A stretch of DNA of 64,000 nt from Octopus sinensis (lineage: Eukaryota): the NCBI RefSeq assembly GCF_006345805.1, contig NC_043010.1, forward strand, positions 6,386,001 through 6,450,000, given 5' to 3'. The stretch's first letter is position 1. Every line of letters begins with the position of its first letter. Made by a program: the position numbers and the translations under genes. This document shows positions 54,614-64,000 of the stretch, piece by piece. The notes under the pieces were generated by a model. The model was not told the origin of the DNA. It did not search any database and saw only the letters and a list, made by a program, of their open reading frames with translations.

Positions 54614-55861
54614 CATTTGTGGAAGAAGGAGCAGCCACAGTTCCTTCACATTGGATTCCGTCATATTTTTTTTTAAAAGCAACACATCAGTACTTACTGA
54701 TATTGTAAAATTTGATAGCTGAAAATGTAGATAATCAAATGGAATGATGTGATGTTCATGCATTTCCCAAGTAAATAAAAGCATAAGTGAAGTGAAATGG
54801 CATCAAAGAAAGACAATAAAATCAAGTTTTAGCTTGGCTCTGTTGCAGGTGCAGGTATTTTACACAATGCCACTTGTCACTATAATGAAATGTCATTAAT
54901 TGATTGCTTAATTAATACAAACACACACAGTTACACGCACATTACTCATACGCATAGAGCCAAACACAGATAATGTACATTGCTGAACATAGTCTGTAGG
55001 ATGACGGTAATAACAACAACTGCAATAAAGGTAGAAATAAGCTTACGAAAGAGCTATCCTATATTTATAATTAAATACCACAATATGATGGACTTTGATG
55101 ATGAAGAGTATTGTGTCTTTACTGTTATGGTCATTTACAAAAGCTATTGTTCTTATATCAGACCATGAGGCAAAATAATGCTGAAAGAGGAAACTGAACC
55201 TTATTGATTGATTTCAGTTTTGCCAATATGTTAAGGTAAAAGAAACACAACAAAAGAGATATAGAGAATGGTGGGGGTGAAGAGGGAGAGGAAGGAGAAA
55301 AGGAGAAAAATAGATCTTTCAATAGTTTTATGAATTTTATGAATAAATAAATGAATAAGAATTTAAAGAAAGAACGAAGAAGAAATGAAAATTCCACCAT
55401 TAATTAAATTCTTTGGAAAAGCTCATTAGAGATTAGATATTAATTTCACTGTTTAATTGATGGCTAGGCTAGCCTGCAACATACAGATGTAGTTTTATTT
55501 GAAGAATGCATTAAGCAAGTTTGGATTTCTTAAGAAACTAGTCAACATGAAATATTTCTGAAGCAATTTTAGTTCTTCCTTCTGAAGCAATAATTAAAGA
55601 ATAAATGCTGTCTTTTGTCTAATAGGTAATGGTCGAATTAACTGATTCTAACGTTTCTGACAAGGTTTTGTTTCAATTTTTAGAAAGCTTACAGGCTTGA
55701 AAGCTGTACTTATTATAAAAATATCTTATTGCATAGAAGAAATGGAGTTTATAAATTCAAGTAATAGCATTTTAAAATAAAGCTGTTCAAAAGAAATTAT
55801 ACTGAGTATAGAATTAGAAATATTTGGAAAATTATTGACAAAATGCTTAGAATTTTCTTTG

Positions 55862-56023
55862 CATACATACGTATGTATGTATGTGTGTATGTATGTATGT
55901 GTGTATGTATGTATGTATGTCTGTCTGTATGTATGTATGTATGTATGTATGTATGCATGCATGCATGCATGCATGTATGTATGTATGCATATATGTATGC
56001 ATGTATGTATGTATGTATGTATG

Positions 56024-56057
<34 letters not shown>

Positions 56058-56075
56058 TGTATGTATTTGTGTGTG
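55862..56075. repeat. (TATG)n microsatellite
   Basis: Direct reading. Confidence 0.95.
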
Positions 56076-56502
56076 TATGTTTATAAGGCAATAGATATAT
56101 TTTAAAGGCATTTTTAATTAGTTTTTCAACAGTAAACAATCTGTATTCAAATGTAATTATAAACAATTTTGCAGGTAAAGTTTTTTAGGATTTTTATGAG
56201 AGCTATTTGTTGATAATACACTCAGCAGATATGTTTGTTTAAGAATCAGAGCAAGGTTATCTGATAAGCTTTTTATACTGGCTTAAGTCTGTAGAAATAT
56301 TGATCTAAAGCAGCCCCTGTTATCGACTGGTGTTTTACAAAGACAACCTCCTTGTGTTTTACAAGAGCAAACAAAATACTCCAAAACGGTAGATTATCTT
56401 CATTAATCCCATCCATCATGTGCTTCCTTTTAGACATTTTGATGGAACAGAACCCCTATGTTAAATTCTAACTGAAATCCTTAAAAAAGAGGATGGAAAT
56501 AT

Positions 56503-56675
56503 ATATTTCTTTATTGCCCACAAGGGGCTAAACATAGAGGGGACAAACAAAGACAGACAAAGGGATTAAGTCGATTACATCGATCGCAGTGCATAACTGG
56601 TACTTAATTTATCGACCCTGAAAGGATGAAAGGCAAAGTCAACCTCGGTGGAATTTGAACTCAGAACGTAACGCC
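56503..56675 (-). mobile_element. SINE family B, 5'-truncated
   Basis: Core and tail match the 42149 copy. Confidence 0.8.
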
Positions 56676-57774
56676 TTTGGAAATATAAAGTGAAATTATT
56701 ATGCTGTAACTTGGCCTGTCACCAGTCATGTTTCTGCTCATTAATAATACACTGTTTTATTCATATTTTAATTCTAACAAAGGATTTTTTTAAAAATGCA
56801 TTTAATATATAAGAATTATACTGAGTTTATATATTTTATTTTGAAGGAAAATCATGAGCCTTCTAAACACCGAGCAGTCCCTGTGGTAAAATCTTGACAT
56901 ATGCTGCCTTCATGTTACCCCACAACATCTCGAAGGAGCACTTCTACCCATGACAAAATGTTACCGATTTACAGTAACAGGAATGATGGGAAGTTTATGC
57001 CCTATTAAAAGCAAAAGCTATAAAACATGATGATGGTGATGATGACGACGATGATGATGATGACAACAATACTGATGATGGCAGTGATTAGCTCCCAGGT
57101 CAACACTGGCCATGATGATCTATGATCCAAAGTATTCTAACTTTGACCATTCCTTTTATTTTATTTACTTATTTATTATTTTTTGCAATATGTAAGATTA
57201 TATTATCCACTGCATCCTTTCCTTATGTAAAATGGTATCATGTGTGATTTGAATGATTTAGCTGCTATTTCTAGCAGCTTGAGTGACCACATAGAAACTC
57301 AGTTGTTGTCCCCCAAAGTTATTAGTAACATAAATGAAGTGCGATAATTTCCACTGGGAACTGAGGCTTTATCACAGACTTCACTCTCTTGGAGAATAAC
57401 ATGAATAAAGAATATAAAATAAACTGGCAAAAATAAGTTTATATTTGAAGATTAGAACCAAAAGTTTTAGCAGTTATTTCAGCAGCAATTTACACCAACA
57501 TTCATTCATAAATATTTGATACACTGACAGCAGCAACAGTAGTAGCAGTAGTAGCAGTAGTAGCAGCAGTGTTCCAGACACATGCTACACCAGCACTAAC
57601 ACCATTATACTAAAATGCCTACACATTTGAAGAGATTTGTAGATTTTGGAATTATCTAGAATGTATCATCATCCTTGTTGGTGTTGGCAACAATGATGAC
57701 GTCATTGTCAGCTATTGGTGTTGTTGGCCATCATCATTGTCATCATCATCATCATCCTTACATTAACATACTCA

Positions 57775-58102
57775 ATTGTTAGGGTACCACATCAGATATA
57801 TGTTTGTTCCTTCTCGAGCCATGCTTGGCTCATAAGGGCCGGTTTCCCGGTTTCCTTGGCGTATAGGTTCCCCACCTGGATGGGACGCCAGTCCATCGCA
57901 GGTGAGCTGCAAGATGCAGGAGGAAAGAGTGAGAGAAAGTTGTGGCGAAAGAGTCAGCAGAAGTTCGCCATTGCCTTCTGCTGGAGCCGTGTGGAGCTTA
58001 GGTGTTTTGCTCATAAACACACACATCGCCCAGTCTGAGATACGAACCAGCGATCCTCGACCACGAGTCCGCTGCTCTAACCACTAAGCCATGTGCCTCC
58101 AC
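57775..58102 (-). mobile_element. tRNA-derived SINE (family D)
   Basis: Minus head gtggaggcacatggcttagtggttagagc with B-box-like ggttcgtatc; first about 150 bp shared with the 58866 element. Confidence 0.75.
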
Positions 58103-58539
58103 TCATCAGATACTCTGGTAATCAGCAATCACTATTGGTTCCTGGCTTCTGTCTGTGACCATGATGTCAAGGGGTAAAGATTTTTCTGTGTCATTTCTTT
58201 TGCCCTCTGTCAACTGTGATCCTGGAGAATGTTTCGGACAGACAGTGACATCAGAATACATGACAGTATCACAAGAACTGGGTGAATGATAACATAAAAG
58301 TACCCTCATTAGCTGACTAAGAAGCTTGAAAATACTGTGTGAAGACCATTGGTTGGTTTCAGTATCTCAATAATAACTAGGTAGATTCTTTCATTGTACT
58401 GGCACTAAACATTAGATCTAAGAAAAATTTCTGTGTCTAAAATATATTGATTTAGTTCGTGCAATTAAGATCAGAATACATCATCGTTTAGCGTCCGTTT
58501 TCCATGCTAGCATGGGTTGGACCACCAATACTTACTCAA

Positions 58540-59420
58540 AATTTCAAACATAGAACTATAGATTATCCAAGGACTCCTATATTTCAAGGAATTCTAACAT
58601 GCATTAAAAAATAGATCATTGATTTAACAATGTGTCTAAAGATAAGATTTCAAGCAGGAATCAGCAGATAATCTAGATAGTTCTCATGTAGATCTACTGA
58701 CAATCCAAGGATTTTTCACATAGATGAATAGATAAGCCAAGGGTTTTCTTACATGGATGACTAAATAATTCAATGTTTCCTCTTACGGATTGATTGGTTA
58801 TCAAACGATTTCTCATGTGGGTCAAAATAATTCAAGAATTGTTAATATGGTGCTACAAGTAATCCGTGGAGGCGCAATGGCCCAGTGTTTAGGGCAGTGG
58901 ACTGGCGGTCATAGGATCGCGGTTTCGATTCCCATACCGGGCGTTGTGAGTGTTTATTGAGCGAAATCACCTAAAGCTCCACGAGGCTCCAGCAGGGGAT
59001 GGTGGTGATCCCTGCTGTACTCTTTCACCACAACTTTCTCTCACTCTTACTTCCTGTTTCTGTTGTACCTGTATTTCAAAGGGCCGGCCTTGTCACTCTC
59101 TGTGTCATGCTGAATATCCCCGAGAACTACGTTAAGGGTACACGTGTCTGTGGAGTGCTCAGCCACTTACACGTTAATTTCACGAGCAGGCTGTTCCGTT
59201 GATTCGGATCAACCGGAACCCTCGTCGTCGTAACCGACGGAGTGCTTCCATCCACAAGTAATCCAAAGATTTCTCACATGTGTTTACAGATAATACAAGG
59301 ATGTTTTACACAGGCCCAACAGTTGATCAAATGATTTCTCATATGAATCAAGATAAACCAAGGATTTTTAACACGGTCCTGTTGGTAAACCAATGATTTC
59401 TAAAACGGAACAACAGAAGT
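58540..59420 (+). repeat. Degenerate 30-33-bp minisatellite interrupted by a SINE
   Basis: Recurring gataatccaaggattt(t/c)tcacat-like units on both sides of the 58866 SINE. Confidence 0.6.
58866..59253 (+). mobile_element. tRNA-derived SINE (family D variant) with 11-bp TSD
   Basis: A box tggcccagtgtttagg, B box ggtttcgattccc; TSD acaagtaatcc at 58855-58865 and 59254-59264. Confidence 0.88.
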
Positions 59421-59510
59421 TGAAGTTATTTGAAGTCAGGATTGAAAATAATCATTGTATGCACGACGCTTAGGGATTTGCTCCAAAGCATGCTGACCAT
59501 ATGAGAAGAG

Positions 59511-59934
59511 ACTCTTTACTCTCTTTACTCTTTTACTTGTTTCAGTCATCCGACTGCGGCTATGCTGGAGCACCACCTTTAGTCGAGCAACTCGACCCTG
59601 GGACTTATTCTTTGTAAGCCCAGTACTTAATCTGTCGGTCTCTTTTGCCGAACTGCTAAGTGACGGGGATGTAAACACACCAGCATCGGTTGTCAAGCAA
59701 TGCTAGGGGGACAAACACAAACACACAAACACACACACACATGCACACATATATATATATACATATATACGACAGGCTTCTTTCAGTTTCTGTCTACCAA
59801 ATCCACTCACAAGGCATTGTGGTCGGCCCGGGGCTATAGCAGAAGACACTTGCCCAAGATGCCACGCAGTGGGACTGAACCCGGAACCATGTGGTTGGTT
59901 AGCAAGCTACATACCACACAGCCACTCCTGCACC
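59511..59934 (-). mobile_element. SINE family A, full length
   Basis: Matches family A. Confidence 0.9.
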
Positions 59935-60248
59935 TATATACAATTGTACACTAGGTACAATTCTAGACTAGATACAATTCGAATAGAAGAAAAAAACCAT
60001 AGTAAGTAAGACTGTCTTTTTCTCGTCTCAGTCATTGGATAGCAGCCACGCTTGTGTACACCACCTTGGAGCGTTTCAGTTGAATGAACCAACCCCAGTG
60101 GTCAAGTGATGGAGGTAGTGACAAACACAGATACAAAGGTGCACACACACACACCACACACACACACACATACACACATATAGATAGATAGAAAGGTATA
60201 TACATACATACTTACACATACACACACACATATAATATATATGTATAG

Positions 60249-60458
60249 TTAATCCAAACATGAACAAAGAGAAAACACAACAAGGTGAAGACGTGGAACA
60301 AGTATAGTGTTATTGGATGCTCAGGAAAGGAAAGAAAGAAGGAGGATTTAATGCTTTAAGCGGAGCTCTTCATCAGAAACGTACAAAAAGGAAAGGTCCA
60401 GCGAAGGGAAGACGGAGAAAGACAATCACCAACAATACACACGAGGTCACATATTGAA

Positions 60459-60460
<2 letters not shown>
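60249..60460. mobile_element. Penelope-like terminal fragment
   Basis: tgctttaagcggagctcttcatcagaaac variant of the same signature. Confidence 0.4.
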
Positions 60461-60498
<38 letters not shown>

Positions 60499-60900
60499 GC
60501 ACATACATATATATACTATGGGCTTTCAAACAGCTTGTGTCTACCATATTTGCTTATAAGGCTCAAGGTTAGGGTCAAAGACACTTGTCCAGGGTGACAT
60601 ATAGTGGGACTGAACTCAAAACCTCATGGTTGCAGAGCAAGCTTCTTAACCACACAGTCATGCCTGCATCTGTAAGACAATAAATTTTGCTCCAGAAATT
60701 CTGACTATCGATATTAAAGGATTCTTTCCGAGAAAAAAATTCAATAAATTAATAGCTCTAGCATTAGAATTTTCGGACTGTAAAAGAGCAGAATTTTTCT
60801 CAGTTTACTTAATGTAGATCAACAAGATCCAAAACAATAAGATGCCTGCACTGTAAAAAGAAAAGGAAACAAAAACCCCAAAAATAAACAAACATGGATA

Positions 60901-61039
60901 GGCGCAGGAGTGGCTGTGTGGTAAGTAGCTTGCTAACCAACCTCATTGTTCCGGGTTCAGTCCCACTGTGTGGCATCTTGGGCAAGCCTTGTGAGTGGAT
61001 TTGGTAGACGGAAACTGAAAGAAGACTGTCGTATATATG

Positions 61040-61070
<31 letters not shown>

Positions 61071-61286
61071 ATATGTTTGTGTGTCTGTGTTTGTCCCCCT
61101 AGCATTGCTTGACAACCGATGCTGGTGTGTTTACGTCCCCGTCACTTAGCGTTTCGGCAAAAGAGACCGATAGAATAAGTACTGGGCTTACAAAGAATAA
61201 GTCCTGGGGTCGATTTGCTCGACTAAAAGGCGGTGCTCCAGCATGGCCGCAGTCAAATGACTGAAACAAGTAAAAGAGCAAAAGAG
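60901..61286 (+). mobile_element. SINE family A with about 30-bp internal deletion
   Basis: ggcgcaggag head; cttgggcaag joined directly to ccttgtgag. Confidence 0.88.
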
Positions 61287-61714
61287 TTTGGCTGGACTTT
61301 TATTCTAACAAAAACCTATGATGAGACCAGCAAGAATATCGAAAACAGCAGAAATTATCTAAAAACTGTATGCTAAGATAGGTGATAATGAATAGTATGG
61401 ATTGAATAGCTTATTAAATATTTATTGTAAAATCTATCATAATCACTGACAAACGTTGGCATGTTTTTGTAAGCGCTGCCACTTCTTCCATTTTTGCTAT
61501 TTTTTTTTATAAATAACATCTTGTTTTTTTTTGTTCTTTGATTCCAATTCAATCCCATCTATTTAAGGACTGCACAGTTCTTCACTTCTCTCTCAAGTCT
61601 TATTTACACTCCGTGTGTTTTTGGTTTACAAACAATGTTGGAAAATATTGCTTCTTACATGGCAGTTAACCTCTTTCCTAATGCCTACTTATGAAAAAAA
61701 ATCAAGAAATCAGG

Positions 61715-61800
61715 ACAATGATGATGATCGTTGTGGTGGTGGTGGTGGTGGTGGTGGTGTGGTGGCAAAGCAGAAACAATGATGATGATGATGATGATAA

Positions 61801-61831
<31 letters not shown>

Positions 61832-61932
61832 TGTGGTGTTGGTGGTGGTGGTGGTGGCAAAGCAGAAACAATGATGATGATGAGGATGATAATGAATGAT
61901 GATGGATGATGATGATGATGATGGTGAATTGA

Positions 61933-61964
<32 letters not shown>

Positions 61965-61965
61965 A

Positions 61966-61999
<34 letters not shown>

Positions 62000-62002
62000 G
62001 GC

Positions 62003-62033
<31 letters not shown>

Positions 62034-62042
62034 GTGAATTGA

Positions 62043-62076
<34 letters not shown>

Positions 62077-62087
62077 GGCGATGATGA

Positions 62088-62152
<65 letters not shown>

Positions 62153-62237
62153 TTGATGATGATAATGGTGATGGTGATGATGGTGGCGGTTGTGGTGTTG
62201 GTGGTGGTGGTGGTGATGATAACGATGAAAATCATGT

Positions 62238-62290
<53 letters not shown>

Positions 62291-62410
62291 TTGATCAGGA
62301 TGATGCTCATGATGATGATGAACGATGATCATCATCACCATCCCCCCCCCGCCCATCACCACCACCACCACCATCACTGTCTCTGCTACCTCCACCACCA
62401 CCACCACTAT
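61715..62410. repeat. (GAT)n/(GGT)n mosaic
   Basis: Direct reading. Confidence 0.95.
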
Positions 62411-62709
62411 TGTTATCAGGCTTTTAATGTCCATTTCTTCACAGCAGCATAGGTAGGATGCGTATGTCATATGGACTATCACTACACATCACATGAATAA
62501 TGGTCAGATTCTAGTTGAAGTTTGCCCCAGGTCAGCCTGAAGTGAGCAGATCTATGATCAAAGACATTCCATCCATAACCATCTCATCTTTTCTCTCTTT
62601 CTTTCTTTCTTAGCATAATATACCCTGGTATATATTACACCAAACTTATTTTCTTTCTTTTCTGAATGATGGTACAATATGATTCCATCCATAACCATCT
62701 CTCATCTTT

Positions 62710-62784
<75 letters not shown>

Positions 62785-63684
62785 TTTCTTTCTCTGCACA
62801 ATCTACCCTGGTATATATTACCCACCACACCAAACTTAATTTTTTTTCTTATTCTTTTCTTTTCTGAAAGATGGTACATTATGATTTGAAAGTGATTTGG
62901 CTGTTATTTCTAACAATTTATATGGCTCCATAGAAGAGCTCTCACTAACTCATATTGTTGCTGTCGTTGTAATATTTTGTAGGAATCAATTTTAGGGAAT
63001 TTGCTGTTTTTAGATAGTGAGATATTGTACTTCCATTGTAAGTGTATAATGTTTATGGTGATTCAGTGTGTGCATTCAGGTGAGTATCTGCTATTCTGTG
63101 ATGCCTGAGTGTACATCAGGGAATTTTGTACTGAGAAGCTTCTGTACATCCACTGTTCATATTTTGTGCAAAGTCATCACCTTTGAATATTTTCCCCACT
63201 TAGTATTGATCTGCATAATATTGATCTGTTTCAACTTCATTATCGTTCAATCAGCATTTAAGTAGCTACCTTTTCTAGTTTATTGTTTTTGGAATTATAT
63301 TATTCTTTATCCCTATTTAACATAGAATAATATAGTCTCTGATAAAATTGGATGGAATTTTTAACAGGACAAGTAACCAACTCAAAGAATTTTCTCCATT
63401 CATTACAGAATTGTTTAATTTCTAACAAAAATATCATCTGTTCTTTAATTTAGCACCTATGATTTTTGGTACAGCCACTCACAGTTAGGACCATTTTAGC
63501 AGCATTATAGGTCCTTAGACAAATCAATGCTCTGAGGTCTATAGTATTTATTTAATTACTGTAAACCACATTATATACAAATCATAATTGGGCCCTAAAA
63601 TCTGTAAGGCACCCTAAAAACTGTCAGGTGTGACCATACCTTAATATGGCACTGCACACTGCACTAATTAAATCACTAATTTAT

Positions 63685-64000
63685 CTTTTATTTGTTTTGG
63701 TCATTTGACTCTGGCCATGCTGGGGCATTGCCTTGAAGGGTTTTAGTCAAATAAATTGATTCCAGAATTTACTTTTTATGCCTAATACTTATTTCATTAG
63801 TTTCTTTTTACCAAATTGCTAGGTTATAGGGACGTAAACACACCAACTAGGGTTGTTAGTGGTGGTGGGTGACAAACACAGACACATAGATATATGTAGA
63901 TCAATGTGTCACATAAATATATTGACACAAATATGTGCAATGGACATTTTTCAGTTTTTGTCTACCAAATTCACTCACAAGGTTTTGGTGAATCTGAGGC
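63685..64000 (-). mobile_element. Old SINE family A copy truncated by window end
   Basis: Diverged match to the family A 3' half and body. Confidence 0.65.

Noticed and set aside
58866-58940. tRNA genes at SINE heads
   Set aside because: A and B boxes are present, but they continue into SINE bodies with tails and TSDs and I see no complete cloverleaf
61685-62482. 265-aa His-rich ORF
   Set aside because: Translation of (GAT)/(GGT) microsatellite
63014-63085. Plus-strand exon ending in CAG|GTGAGT (also ACG|GTAAGA at 48039)
   Set aside because: Isolated splice-like motifs with no recognisable coding content or partner exons

Overview
AT-rich, microsatellite-saturated animal genomic DNA, most likely from an octopus (coleoid cephalopod). 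That assignment is inferred from the protocadherin style, the tRNA-derived SINE families and the extreme simple-repeat load. There is one convincing protein-coding segment: a large minus-strand exon encoding a six-repeat protocadherin ectodomain, a TM helix and the start of the cytoplasmic tail (ATG 29004, phase-0 donor at 26635/26634). A splice acceptor lies at 29047 and a candidate 5'UTR exon/promoter near 33.67-33.97 kb. Almost all other listed ORFs are translations of simple repeats. The rest is SINEs and decayed LINEs (R4/Dong-like, RTE, CR1-like), a hAT transposase relic, piggyBac- and mariner-type MITEs, a non-autonomous Helitron and Penelope-like fragments. The most striking structure is a complex RTE retro-insertion (17637-18790, 12-bp TSD) inside an R4/Dong-like relic. 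In order it contains: a fold-back copy of its own target flank, an inverted endonuclease fragment, nine near-identical 96/108-bp tandem copies of the RT C-terminal coding segment, and a (GATA)n tail. On the protocadherin strand, only the 108-bp units carry a branch point, pyrimidine tract and CAG acceptor, in frame with the exon's phase-0 donor. This is a testable but speculative exonisation route. All family names come from motif recognition by eye, not database searches.
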